43,742 nucleotides of DNA from Nitrospiraceae bacterium (lineage in GTDB: Bacteria > Nitrospirota > Nitrospiria > Nitrospirales > Nitrospiraceae). The DNA lies in assembly GCA_037442105.1 (NCBI GenBank), contig JBBIQV010000006.1, forward strand, positions 62,001 to 105,742, in the 5' to 3' direction. The notes beneath the pieces were generated by a model. That model saw nothing but the letters and a program-made list of their open reading frames with translations. It was not told the DNA's origin and searched no databases. The position numbers and the translations under genes are program-made. Every line of letters starts with the position of its first letter. The stretch's first letter is position 1. Shown here piece by piece: positions 30,905 through 41,187 of this stretch.

Positions 30905-32662
30905 ATGCAAGAAGTGGTACTCTTTGTCCGCCCGGTCCCCGCACGAGCGCATACGTGGTTGGGTCACCCGATGAAGCGTCAGACAGCCATTCCACTTATT
31001 AGTCTCTTCTCTGGCCCCGGGGGACTGGATCTGGGATTCCGGCGAGCCGGGTTCAAGACAGTACTCGCGATCGACTCCAATAAGGCAGCCGTAGAGACTT
31101 ACAATCGGAATACCCGGCCTGCCGTAGCCCAACAATGCGATCTTAATGCGCTTCAGAAAGAGACTCTTATATCGATGCTTAGGAAAGCATCACCAGGCCA
31201 GGTCCCTCGCGGAGTTATTGGTGGACCACCCTGTCAGAGTTTTTCTTTGGGAAATGTGCGGAAAAAGCGGCACGACCGGAGGTCGCGCCAGGGCTTGGTC
31301 TTTGCGAGATTGGTGCAAGCATTGAATCAGGAGTTCGGACTTGACTTTTTTCTCTTCGAAAATGTCGTTGGCCTTCGGACATCCCGCCACAGGAACCGCT
31401 TTAAGGCTATCTTGCGGGAACTGCGCAAGGCAGGATTCAATTTGTTCGTCCAGGAACTCGACTGTGGCGCATTTGGAGTGCCACAGCGGCGTCGGCGCCT
31501 GATCGTTGTGGGGATCAACCGCGCAAAGTACCCATGGGTGAAGTTCGAGTTCCCAATCGGCTCTGCCCAGCCTGCGACTGTGCGTGATGTAATAGGCGGG
31601 TTGCCTCGGCCCACCTTTTATCGTCGCGGACTCAAACCGCGTGATATCCCATTTCATCCTAATCACTGGACTATGAATCCCCTGTCGCGGAAGTTCCGCA
31701 ACGGCATCTTCGGAAACGGCCGCTCCTTCAAGAAATTGGATTGGAAGAAGCCCAGTTACACTGTTGCCTATGGAAACAGGGAGATACATGTCCATCCGGA
31801 TGGACATCGCCGGCTTAGTGTCTTGGAGGCGATGCTCCTGCAGGGCTTCCCCCGCACCTATCAATTTCGAGGCACCCTAAGCGATCAGATAACCCAAGTC
31901 TCCGATGCGGTTCCACCTGCTTTGGGAGAGGCCATTGCGCGAGCCATCAAGCTGTCCATCTACTCCCCGATTACCGTGCTACAGGCCTCCCTCCTAGGGT
32001 GGTTCAAGCAAAAACAGCGGCGCTTCCCATGGCGGCAAACACGCGACTCATTCCGCGTGTTGTTGGCCGAGAAGCTGTTGCAGCAAACGGCTGCTACCCG
32101 AGCGGTCGTCAGAGCTTTCCGAGAGATAGTTAGGCGTTACCCAAGCTGGGCCGCGTTGGCGGAAGCGCCAAAACAGGAACTGAAGCGAATCGTGGCACCC
32201 TTGGGATTCGCCTATCGCGCTGTTGAGCTCCGGCACCTGGCACGCGCAATCGTCCAGCGCCACGGGGGGAGGGTGCCGCCAAATCTGAAGAGCCTGCTGG
32301 GACTACCTGGTATTGGCGACTACTCCGCACGAGCCGTGATCTCCTTTGCGTTCAGGCAGCCATTCGCGGTCGTCGACACTAATGTTGCACGCTTCCTCGT
32401 ACGGTATTTCGGGCTAAAGCTACGCTTGACGCAAAATCCTGCCCGTGACCGCCGACTGCAACGCATTGCTGACGCAGTTGTGCCGCCAGATGCCTCACGA
32501 GATTTCAACCTTGCTGTGCTCGACCTGTGCGCTTCTCACTGCAAGGCAAGGCAGCCGGAGTGCAACACTTGTCCCGTCCGAGCCCAATGCGCTTACTGGA
32601 ACATGAATGTGAGGGGCGCTGCGGTTACACTCTCCCGAGTCAGCGCGGGCGTGACCAAATAG
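30905..32662 (+). CDS. C5 DNA methyltransferase fused to a HhH-GPD [4Fe-4S] DNA glycosylase (DruM-like)
   Basis: MTase motifs FSGPGG, GGPPCQSFS, FENV, Q.R.R, RRLSVLEA..LQGFP; then FPWR, E.LLQQT, LPGIGDY, VDTNVAR, C-x6-C-x2-C-x5-C; start may be ATG 30971. Confidence 0.9.
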   Translation: MQEVVLFVRPVPARAHTWLGHPMKRQTAIPLISLFSGPGGLDLGFRRAGFKTVLAIDSNKAAVETYNRNTRPAVAQQCDLNALQKETLISMLRKASPGQVPRGVIGGPPCQSFSLGNVRKKRHDRRSRQGLVFARLVQALNQEFGLDFFLFENVVGLRTSRHRNRFKAILRELRKAGFNLFVQELDCGAFGVPQRRRRLIVVGINRAKYPWVKFEFPIGSAQPATVRDVIGGLPRPTFYRRGLKPRDIPFHPNHWTMNPLSRKFRNGIFGNGRSFKKLDWKKPSYTVAYGNREIHVHPDGHRRLSVLEAMLLQGFPRTYQFRGTLSDQITQVSDAVPPALGEAIARAIKLSIYSPITVLQASLLGWFKQKQRRFPWRQTRDSFRVLLAEKLLQQTAATRAVVRAFREIVRRYPSWAALAEAPKQELKRIVAPLGFAYRAVELRHLARAIVQRHGGRVPPNLKSLLGLPGIGDYSARAVISFAFRQPFAVVDTNVARFLVRYFGLKLRLTQNPARDRRLQRIADAVVPPDASRDFNLAVLDLCASHCKARQPECNTCPVRAQCAYWNMNVRGAAVTLSRVSAGVTK

Positions 32663-32664
32663 AA

Positions 32665-34764
32665 ATGGCCATGGAAGATTTAACCTATTACGTGTTCGCA
32701 GGCTTCGCGCTCATAGTAGCGGCCGGGTTTGCCATTAGGGCATTGAGGCGGCGTAAGCTCGATGAAAGGGCGGGCCAGCCCCCTGCATCAGATCAACGCG
32801 CGCCGACAGAGCCGCCCAGCGAGGCTGATGAGAGCTTAGAGAGAACTGAAGAGCGGCCTTCTCTTCATGCAAGAATTCCGAGCGTCGGGGGCGCAGCTAG
32901 GCAGGGGCAGGCGGCACAGGCCTCTCTTGCGGTGGAGCCAGAGCGAGTACCCTCGTTAGATTCTGGTGCTATTGAGCCTTGCGAGTCCCACGCCGCCAGC
33001 ACTGAGCATTCCGAGGTGCAACCTTCCGAATCGCCAGGTCCTCTCGATGTTCAGTCAACTCCTGCTGCCTCAGCACTCGAAGCCAAGGACGACAAATCAC
33101 AGGAACCCCGAAGCTCCGTGACCGCTGGTGCTCAGCTCCGCGAAGAGCCCAAAATAGAGATGGTGGAACCGGTTCCTGTCCGCGACACAGCCGAGTTGGG
33201 ATTCACACAACCTCTGCCAGAGCCAGTCGTCCCAACCAAAGCGCAGACTGAGCCAATCGAGCCGCACCCTATCGGAGAACAGGAACCGACACGCGAACTA
33301 GGTCCGGCTACATTGCATACTGCTGGCGCTCTGATGCCACCGCCAGAATCCAAAGCTGAGCCGACGCCTGCCCCCTTGACGGAACAAGGACAGGAAAGCG
33401 AAAGCACGTTTGGCAACCAGATGGCGATGCAAGCAGGCCGCCGTCCGGCGCGGTACCGTCCACCTCCTGCCAGACCTCCCGGACCACGAACGGCTGAACC
33501 GAGAGAGACACGCCCACCCCAGCATGGACTGCCGTTGGAGATACGCTTGCAGGCGCACCCGGACCGGCATGATTTCTGCTCATTCAGGCTGCTCGCCCAA
33601 CGTCCAGAGGGTTCACTTCCCGAGTTGGAGGCGCGCGGGAGTGACGGGGCTGTGAGACTCATCGAGTCCGGTGATGATTGGTATGAAATTGCGACGGAAC
33701 GCGACTTAAGTGCTTGGCTCTCAAACGGCATTGTTCTCATGGAGAAGGAGCGCGGTGAGCCGCGACTGAGCTGGCAGCTAAGTCGCCGAGATGTCCATGT
33801 GCTTGCTGGGCAACCAGGCGCTGGGCTTGTTTCGACCACCCGTTTGTGCATTGGGCGAAAGCACTTGGTCCTCTGCCGGGCTAGTCGTGCAAGCGAGGTT
33901 TCTGACGTTCTGGCCGGGGCGGGGTGCGGTTCTCTTTCGGCGTGTTCGGAAGAATTCGGAGCCCCTCCGGGCTGGGTTTTCTTCTGGCCGGTCATCCCCC
34001 TTCATCCTCTGACTCCAACGCCAGGGGACGACATCCTGAATGTGTTGCGTCCTCAACCCGAACTTGAGTTGGCCTTGGAGGGTGGTCTATGGTTGCGCGA
34101 TTCCACATGGCTCGCAGGTTACCCACCGCAGATTAGGGTGACCGGCGTACACCCACTGGAAGCCGTCGTTTCCATTGACGGCCAGCCTGCGCAGAAGACT
34201 GAAGACGGAAGCTACATAAGCCCGGGGCATGACCAGCCGGGAGACCACCTGGTCTGGTGCGCAGGCAAATCACGGAGTTATTCACTTTGCACACCAGAAG
34301 TTCCTCGGGAGAGTTGGGAATCATACAGTTTTCCTGGCGGAACCCTCTGCGGCGCTTCCGCTTCGCCCCGTGTCGACGTAACCCGGCCACCGGTCACTGT
34401 GCCCACATCGAATCCGCTGCTCATCGGGCCCGTCCCAGGTCAGGTCTTCCTGTGTCCGGCAGGAGTCGTTACCGAATGGACAGGATTTGTTCCATTCCAA
34501 GTTGCATGGGCTCTACCTTCTGACCCGCTTCATTGCGACCGCTCGTCATGTCACGTGCTGCTGGTCACGCAGGTTTCGCCAGTGCGTGCATTGCCGCCTG
34601 CGGTGCGCCGGTCCGCCATCGCCAGCGCACAACGACGTTGGTGCCAGGCCATTCGCGATTGCCGAAGGAAGGGGCTGACCGCTACGCCTCCCACCCCCCA
34701 AATTGAGGCCCTTTGGACCGCCTACGCCGCGCAAGCGAGAGCCCTGTGGAGGAGACTCAAGTAG
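32665..34764 (+). CDS. Hypothetical protein in the DruF position; N-terminal TM helix and Pro/Glu-rich linker
   Basis: Operon position between the MTase and the DruG-like gene; hydrophobic YYVFAGFALIVAAGFAI; globular C-terminal region. Confidence 0.65.
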   Translation: MAMEDLTYYVFAGFALIVAAGFAIRALRRRKLDERAGQPPASDQRAPTEPPSEADESLERTEERPSLHARIPSVGGAARQGQAAQASLAVEPERVPSLDSGAIEPCESHAASTEHSEVQPSESPGPLDVQSTPAASALEAKDDKSQEPRSSVTAGAQLREEPKIEMVEPVPVRDTAELGFTQPLPEPVVPTKAQTEPIEPHPIGEQEPTRELGPATLHTAGALMPPPESKAEPTPAPLTEQGQESESTFGNQMAMQAGRRPARYRPPPARPPGPRTAEPRETRPPQHGLPLEIRLQAHPDRHDFCSFRLLAQRPEGSLPELEARGSDGAVRLIESGDDWYEIATERDLSAWLSNGIVLMEKERGEPRLSWQLSRRDVHVLAGQPGAGLVSTTRLCIGRKHLVLCRASRASEVSDVLAGAGCGSLSACSEEFGAPPGWVFFWPVIPLHPLTPTPGDDILNVLRPQPELELALEGGLWLRDSTWLAGYPPQIRVTGVHPLEAVVSIDGQPAQKTEDGSYISPGHDQPGDHLVWCAGKSRSYSLCTPEVPRESWESYSFPGGTLCGASASPRVDVTRPPVTVPTSNPLLIGPVPGQVFLCPAGVVTEWTGFVPFQVAWALPSDPLHCDRSSCHVLLVTQVSPVRALPPAVRRSAIASAQRRWCQAIRDCRRKGLTATPPTPQIEALWTAYAAQARALWRRLK

Positions 34765-34765
34765 T

Positions 34766-35695
34766 ATGGGTCCCAATGAACTCCTCTTCTGGCTCTCGGC
34801 CAGGCACGCAGGTTCGTGGTCGCAATTTCGCTCTGCAGTCGAAGAGATCATGGAAAATGATTCAAACGCCACCAGCAGTCCTGATGGCATACCACTTTAC
34901 CAGCGAATGCGGTTTAGCCTCCAGCAGCTCGCGCACGTGGAGTTCGACGCGAACGGATGCGAATCTGGTTGGCGCGTGGCACCTCCTGTGCTGGCGTTGT
35001 CCCCGCAGAAGGGCTGTGTCCTGGGCATCCTCTGTGGCGCTCGGCTTCCTGAACTCGTGCGCACTTTGCAAGAGGAAGCGGAGTCTGTTCGATTCGAGCG
35101 GTACAAAGGGCCAGAACATCCCGACGTGATTCGTTTCCTGGCTGAAGACACCGGAATTTTAGAGGCGCTCGCGGGTCGGATTGGCGTGGTTGTCCAGCGG
35201 CACGCTTCGGTTTCAATTCTTTCGTGCCTCCCACGGATCACAGATCTCTATGGCTGGCACGCCCGCGAAGCCGCACTACCCTTCGGCCGAGACTGGAAGG
35301 TCAGTCGCTTCGAGGTGATCCGAAGGAGGTGCCGTTGGGTTGACTCGTCGGTCGAAGAGGCAAACAAAACACGGGACGGGCTGTTTAGGTTTACGCGGTT
35401 CCAGAGGGAGCACTACCTCCGCCTTGATGGGCGGACCTATCGTGTCGGAGGCCAGATCGGCAAGTTCTATCAGGTGGTTCAGCGCCGTCGCCAACTTCTT
35501 CGCTACGACCGCGCCACTCGCCAACTGACCGTTCCAGACATTTGCCGGCCTCCTCTCCTTGTGGACCGTGCACTGGTGCTCTGCTCAGGTTTCTTGCCTC
35601 GATACGATTCAGCCCCGGGCATCCTGACTTACAAGGAAGTGCCCGCGGGGATTGCCGGTAAGACGGCCACCATACTTTGCCAGGAATGGATATGA
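34766..35695 (+). CDS. Hypothetical protein in the DruG position
   Basis: RBS GGAGGAG; start 1 nt after the previous stop; stop overlaps the helicase start. Confidence 0.65.
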   Translation: MGPNELLFWLSARHAGSWSQFRSAVEEIMENDSNATSSPDGIPLYQRMRFSLQQLAHVEFDANGCESGWRVAPPVLALSPQKGCVLGILCGARLPELVRTLQEEAESVRFERYKGPEHPDVIRFLAEDTGILEALAGRIGVVVQRHASVSILSCLPRITDLYGWHAREAALPFGRDWKVSRFEVIRRRCRWVDSSVEEANKTRDGLFRFTRFQREHYLRLDGRTYRVGGQIGKFYQVVQRRRQLLRYDRATRQLTVPDICRPPLLVDRALVLCSGFLPRYDSAPGILTYKEVPAGIAGKTATILCQEWI

Positions 35696-38600
35696 ACAAC
35701 CCGAACCAACTCTTTGAGTCACTGAAAGAGATGTATCTCCGTTATCTCGACAGCCCATTCGACCTTCGCTATCCAGACCTGCGGGCTGAACGTCGCATTC
35801 TTCTCGATAGGGACCAGCACATTTATCGTGAACCGCTCATTGAGCCGGTGCCGCTCTATGAGGCCTGCGGGCAGAGTTTCTCTGCCATGGCGCAAGACCT
35901 CCTGGCGGGCAGTTGGACGGCACAGGAAATTTCGGATGTTGCGGGCTTCGTCTCCCTCGAGCTATTTCCAACCACACGCCAGCCATACACCCATCAGCGT
36001 GACGTTTTCCGCGAGGCGGTTCAAAACAGTAATGATGTGGTGGTGACGACAGGCACTGGGTCGGGAAAGACAGAGTGCTTCTTGCTGCCGGTTCTGACCG
36101 TGCTAATACGGGAGTCTGCTAACTGGGGCCCAGCACCTGCGCGTCCAGCAAATTGGGACTGGTGGAACCACGGCGCACGTCGGATTTCGCAGCGGGGACA
36201 TGAGATGGCGGCGGCACGACCCGCTGCGGTGCGGGCGCTCATTTTGTACCCGCTAAACGCTCTTGTGGAGGACCAGCTCGGCCGGCTGCGAACGGCTCTG
36301 GATGGCGCACGGGCGCGACAGTGGTTGCAGACACGGCGAGCTGGCAATCGCTTTTATTTTGGTCGTTACACAGGCCGGACACCTGTGCCAGGGCTGCAAA
36401 CGCCTGCGAAGGTTAGTCGTCTGCGGCAAGAGTTAATCGAAGCTGAACTAGCAGCGCAGCGAGTCGCTGGGTCCCCAGCGGAGCGTTTCTTCGCGAGGGT
36501 TGACGGCGGGGAGATGTGGTCGCGCTGGGACATGCAGGAAAGCCCTCCCGACATTCTGATCACGAACTATTCTATGCTTAACATCATGCTCATGCGTCGC
36601 CTAGAGGCACCGGTTTTCGACTTGACCCGCCAGTGGCTAACCGCAGACCGCTCGCGCGTGTTCCACCTAATCGTAGACGAACTACACACGTATCGTGGTA
36701 CGCCGGGCACGGAAGTGGCGTATCTCCTCCGCGTGCTCCTTGAGCGGCTCGGGCTGACTCCAGATTCGCCACAATTGCGCATCATCGCTTCGAGTGCGTC
36801 AATTGCCGGGGACACATCTGGCAGGGAGTATCTCGAACAGTTTTTCGGGCGGGACCGAAACCGATTCAGTATCATTTCGGGCAACATGGTGCCTCCGCGC
36901 GCAGGGGCAGTTTCGCGTGTGCAGGCGCACGCCCTGGCGTTCCGCGACCTTGGAAGGGATCTTCGGAACGCGAACTCAGGCAACCTGGTCGCGGCAGTCG
37001 CTCAATTCCAGCAAGCGGTAGGTGCCCCGCCACCGTCTGGCAATTCGCTGGAAGAAACCTTGCAAGGAGCCTTGGAGCATATCGCGGCTCCTTCAGCCCT
37101 CCGTGTTGTGTGCACTTCATCAAGCTCCGCCGCAATGAGGCCACGCACGCCGACAGAGATTGGAGAAGCCTTGTTTTCTGCTTTGCCCGCAAGCGAGCGG
37201 AAAGACGCAGTTGAAGGTCTGCTCGCCGGCGTTTGTCTCGGATGTGCAACGAACGGAGCACTGCCTATCCGTGCGCACCTTTTCCTCCGTAACTTGCAGG
37301 GCTTGTGGGTCTGCCCCAACCCGGCCTGCACCGCCGCTCCACCGCGAAACATGCCATGCCCTGTGGGTAGCCTTCACTACGCGCCTGCGCTCACGTGCAC
37401 ATGCGGTGCGCGTGTGCTCGAACTGCTCTATTGCGAAGCATGCGGTGAGGTCTTTCTCGGTGGCTACCGCCGTGCGGGGACGAGTCCAAACGAGTGGTAT
37501 CTCAGCCCAGACCATCCAGACTTGGAATCCTCCCCAGATCTTGTCTCCCTCAACAGGGACTACGCCCGCTATGCCGTATTCTGGCCCGCTCCGGACGGCG
37601 CCACGCCAGCTAGCCCCACATGGCAAGAAGACAATGTCGCGCGCCGCTGGCTACAGGCACACTGTGTGGTAGCCGAAGCCAAGGTGGCGGACGGCGGCCG
37701 CCCCGGAACACTTCGGGGCTACCTTTACTATGTTCCGCCCCTGCACGGCCCGAACGGCGAGATCCTCGATTGGCGAACGCTAAATCTAGCCGAAAGCGCC
37801 GGGTTCGCGTTTCCGGAATGTTGCCCGCGTTGCGACACAAAATGGAGGCGGGGAGAAATTGGCGTCATCCGCACTCAACGCACCGGCTTCCAAAAGTTGG
37901 CGCAAGTTCTTTCCGAGGTGCTCGTGCGGGAGTCCGGTCAGGCCAACCCCGATGCACGGAAGCTGGTCGTGTTTTCGGACAGCAGGCAGGACGCGGCCAA
38001 GCTTTCAGCAGGCATGCGTTTCGCCCATTACCGTGACGCATTGCGTCAGGCGTTGGCAGTTGCGCTTAGGAACCAGCGGCAGGGCGTCGAGGCGTTCTGG
38101 AGACAGGTGAATGGACAGGTGCTGTCTCCAAGTGAACAACAGGAAGCTGCCGCTTTCGCTGCACAGCGGCCCAGTGACGCTCTGGCTCTCAGCATGGCGG
38201 CCAACCCTCAGACGGCAAACCGGCCTTCCACTCAGGCGCCCCACCTGACCTGGCAACAAGTAGCTCAGGCCATTCGCAACAGGGCGGCCAGTGGTCCCTT
38301 CCCCATTACGCCACTGGCGTTGGACGCGGCAGGACAGTTACTCCGCTGCGGAATGAATCCGGGAGGCTGGGCCCAAGAAGTGCTCTGGAGAGACTGGAGG
38401 GAAGAGCAGGGGCATTGGCGCGAACTTTACGACTGGCTTGCAAGCGGGACGCCGGCCGAGAAGCCGCAACATCTGCTGACCGCAGGCCAGCAAGCTCACC
38501 TGCAAAGGATTCATCGGCAGAGCGAAGAAGAAGTGATGGACATCGTGTTCGCTTCCGGACGGAGGAGCCTCGAGTCGCTGCGGCTGGCCTACGTTACGAC

Positions 38601-41187
38601 CGACCGCATTACCCACCCCGCGCCGACTCCGCTTGTGCAGGAGGGCATTGATGGAGCCATCCGCATCCTTGGCTCACGCCGGAAACTGGCGTCCAAAAAC
38701 GCCAACAGTTCGCCGTCCATCCCCGCCTATCTCCGCGACTATCTCGAAGCTGTGGCAAACCAGAACAGTCTTGTTCCGGCAGACTTTCAGAGAGACGTGG
38801 TCAATCATCTGAGGAACCACGGCTACACTAATCAGTTCGTGCTTCAGGATCAGAGACTTTGCTTGCAGCCGCCCGTCGGCATTTTTTACGAGTGTCCGCA
38901 ATGCCGGCGGATTCATCTCCATCAAGCTGGTGGTATCTGCACCGACTGTTTGACACAATTAGGGCTAGCTCAGCCCTTGCAAGCAAACCCGCCAGAAGAT
39001 GACTACTACGGGTATCTTGCGACACGCGCAGGCGAGCCCTACCGGCTGAATTGCGAGGAATTGACAGGGCAGACTGACAAGGAGGACGCACGGCGCCGCC
39101 AGCGTCTTTTCCAGAACATAGTGTTGCCACAGCAAGAGAACCCGCTAACTGACGAGGTGGATCTACTCAGCGTGACTACCACGATGGAGTCCGGCGTGGA
39201 CATCGGTGCCTTGCTGGCGGTCATGATGGCGAACATGCCGCCAATGCGATTTAACTACCAGCAACGCGTTGGTCGCGCTGGCCGGCGCGGAGCGGGCCTG
39301 TCGGTGGCGCTCACTCTTTGCCGCGGTCGCAGTCACGACGACTACTACTTCCAGCGGCCGGACCGAATCACGGCCGACCCGCCGCCTGCGCCCTACGTGG
39401 ATGTCAGCAGCGGACCAATTATCCGTCGCGTGATAGTGAAAGAAGTGCTCCGTCAGGCCTTCGCACCTCTCGGCCTTCCGTCTTCTGCGGACAGCGTTCA
39501 CGGCGAGTTTGGTGAAGCTCCAGATTGGCACCAGCCTCTGCCGCCCGGAACCGGCCCGCCCGTGCGCGTCTTAATTGCGGACTGGATTCAAACTCACCCA
39601 CAGGAAATCGAACGCATCTGCGATGTGTTGCTCGTGCGGACCAATCTACACGCACGTCGGCAGGCGCTGCTAGATTTCGCAAGAAACGATTTGGTGCCAA
39701 CAATCGACGCGATCGCATCGAGCGCGGCATTCCCACAGGTGAACCTGAGCGAGCGGCTGGCCAACGCCGGGCTGCTACCGATGTTCGGCTTTCCCACGAA
39801 CGTGCGACTACTCTTTCACAAGGATCCCACCCTATCCGAATGGCCTCCCGAGAAAGGAGTTGTGGACCGGTCTCTCGACATAGCCATCAGCCAGTTTGCC
39901 CCTGGCTCAGAGTCAGTCAAAGACGGGCTGATCCACACGTCCATCGGTGTGGTCCACTACTTACCTGGCCCGACGTCAGTCGTAGAACAGCCCAACCCAC
40001 TTGGCCCCGCGCGACCCATCGGCCTCTGTCGAAATTGCCAGGCTGTGGATCATTCACCCGCGCCGGGAACAAACTGTCCCGTCTGCAATGCTGGGGCCCC
40101 CGACTTTCGCGTCATTGAGCTCAGTCAACCCCACGGGTTCCGCACCTGGTATGGAGCCAGCCGCAACTTTGACGGTCTGTTCGAGTGGACCCCGCGTGCC
40201 TCGCGACCGAAGACCGGCGCCACGCTCCACCCGCTCACTCCGCGTGCGAACTTCGGAGTCTGGGCAGGGCAAGAGACTGTCTTCGTTATAAACGACAACG
40301 ATGGGGAGTGTTTTGACTTCCACAAGCTCATCGGCAGAGAAACGTGGGTGACTCAGGACGCTTTGAACAGGAGCAACGTGCCTGTCAATCAAATTGATCT
40401 CTCTGTTCCCCCAGTCCACCGGGCGCTCGCATCAGTCAAGCAAACGGACCTGCTCGTGCTGGGAATCAGGCAGTGGCCACAAGGCGTTCTTGCCTCACCC
40501 CTCAACGTTGACGGCAGGGCCGCGCTGTATTCCCTCGGCTTCCTGCTTCGCCGTGGGGCAGCCGATCTCCTAGACGTGGATGAACGCGAACTCAAAATAG
40601 GGCTGCGTGTCGTGCGCGAAACATCGGGAGAAATTACCGGCCAGATTTTCATCTCAGACACCCTGGAGAACGGCGCAGGCTACAGTTCTCGCCTGGGCCA
40701 GCCCGCCGAAACACAAAACCTTCTGGAGTATGTGAGTGGCGCAAACGACCAGACTTTCTATGCACCCCTGGTGTCCGCGGCGCACGCAAGTAGCTGCCAG
40801 ACTTCCTGCCCAGATTGCCTCCGTGACTTCACCAATCTCGGCTTCCATAACATCCTTGACTGGCGGTTAGGATTAGATCTCGCCCGACTAGCCCTCGACG
40901 CCACTGCGCCAGTTGGTCTAGATGTTCCCTATTGGGTACAGCTTGCAGGTGCGGCCTCTCAAGCCTACTTTGGTGCTCAGCCCGGTTGGGTAGTTCAGAG
41001 TTTTGCCAACTTACAAGCTGGTCGCCGGGGCCAAATTGTCGAGATCATATCTCACCCATTGTGGTCCCGTGATCCAGCAATCCTGCATCCGAGGTTGGTT
41101 CAAGCTCGTGACGAGGCACGCGCCGGAGGCGCCATTACAGTCCGGTTTAAGTCCTTGTTCGACGTTTTGCGAAGGCCCTATTACTAG
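35692..41187 (+). CDS. druE: Large SF2 helicase with C-terminal DUF1998 (DruE-like)
   Basis: ~1830 aa; TGTGSGKTE, YPLNALVEDQ, DELH, SAS, TTTMESGVDIG, QRVGRAGRR; several CxxC; C-terminal SDTLENGAGY...C...CPDCL. Confidence 0.85.
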   Translation: MNNPNQLFESLKEMYLRYLDSPFDLRYPDLRAERRILLDRDQHIYREPLIEPVPLYEACGQSFSAMAQDLLAGSWTAQEISDVAGFVSLELFPTTRQPYTHQRDVFREAVQNSNDVVVTTGTGSGKTECFLLPVLTVLIRESANWGPAPARPANWDWWNHGARRISQRGHEMAAARPAAVRALILYPLNALVEDQLGRLRTALDGARARQWLQTRRAGNRFYFGRYTGRTPVPGLQTPAKVSRLRQELIEAELAAQRVAGSPAERFFARVDGGEMWSRWDMQESPPDILITNYSMLNIMLMRRLEAPVFDLTRQWLTADRSRVFHLIVDELHTYRGTPGTEVAYLLRVLLERLGLTPDSPQLRIIASSASIAGDTSGREYLEQFFGRDRNRFSIISGNMVPPRAGAVSRVQAHALAFRDLGRDLRNANSGNLVAAVAQFQQAVGAPPPSGNSLEETLQGALEHIAAPSALRVVCTSSSSAAMRPRTPTEIGEALFSALPASERKDAVEGLLAGVCLGCATNGALPIRAHLFLRNLQGLWVCPNPACTAAPPRNMPCPVGSLHYAPALTCTCGARVLELLYCEACGEVFLGGYRRAGTSPNEWYLSPDHPDLESSPDLVSLNRDYARYAVFWPAPDGATPASPTWQEDNVARRWLQAHCVVAEAKVADGGRPGTLRGYLYYVPPLHGPNGEILDWRTLNLAESAGFAFPECCPRCDTKWRRGEIGVIRTQRTGFQKLAQVLSEVLVRESGQANPDARKLVVFSDSRQDAAKLSAGMRFAHYRDALRQALAVALRNQRQGVEAFWRQVNGQVLSPSEQQEAAAFAAQRPSDALALSMAANPQTANRPSTQAPHLTWQQVAQAIRNRAASGPFPITPLALDAAGQLLRCGMNPGGWAQEVLWRDWREEQGHWRELYDWLASGTPAEKPQHLLTAGQQAHLQRIHRQSEEEVMDIVFASGRRSLESLRLAYVTTDRITHPAPTPLVQEGIDGAIRILGSRRKLASKNANSSPSIPAYLRDYLEAVANQNSLVPADFQRDVVNHLRNHGYTNQFVLQDQRLCLQPPVGIFYECPQCRRIHLHQAGGICTDCLTQLGLAQPLQANPPEDDYYGYLATRAGEPYRLNCEELTGQTDKEDARRRQRLFQNIVLPQQENPLTDEVDLLSVTTTMESGVDIGALLAVMMANMPPMRFNYQQRVGRAGRRGAGLSVALTLCRGRSHDDYYFQRPDRITADPPPAPYVDVSSGPIIRRVIVKEVLRQAFAPLGLPSSADSVHGEFGEAPDWHQPLPPGTGPPVRVLIADWIQTHPQEIERICDVLLVRTNLHARRQALLDFARNDLVPTIDAIASSAAFPQVNLSERLANAGLLPMFGFPTNVRLLFHKDPTLSEWPPEKGVVDRSLDIAISQFAPGSESVKDGLIHTSIGVVHYLPGPTSVVEQPNPLGPARPIGLCRNCQAVDHSPAPGTNCPVCNAGAPDFRVIELSQPHGFRTWYGASRNFDGLFEWTPRASRPKTGATLHPLTPRANFGVWAGQETVFVINDNDGECFDFHKLIGRETWVTQDALNRSNVPVNQIDLSVPPVHRALASVKQTDLLVLGIRQWPQGVLASPLNVDGRAALYSLGFLLRRGAADLLDVDERELKIGLRVVRETSGEITGQIFISDTLENGAGYSSRLGQPAETQNLLEYVSGANDQTFYAPLVSAAHASSCQTSCPDCLRDFTNLGFHNILDWRLGLDLARLALDATAPVGLDVPYWVQLAGAASQAYFGAQPGWVVQSFANLQAGRRGQIVEIISHPLWSRDPAILHPRLVQARDEARAGGAITVRFKSLFDVLRRPYY

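Noticed and set aside
30905..41187. DISARM class II, or a housekeeping mutY
   Set aside because: Helicase and DUF1998 are in one ~1830-aa chain with no PLD gene, which fits Druantia better; the glycosylase lacks the MutY C-terminal domain and is fused to an MTase
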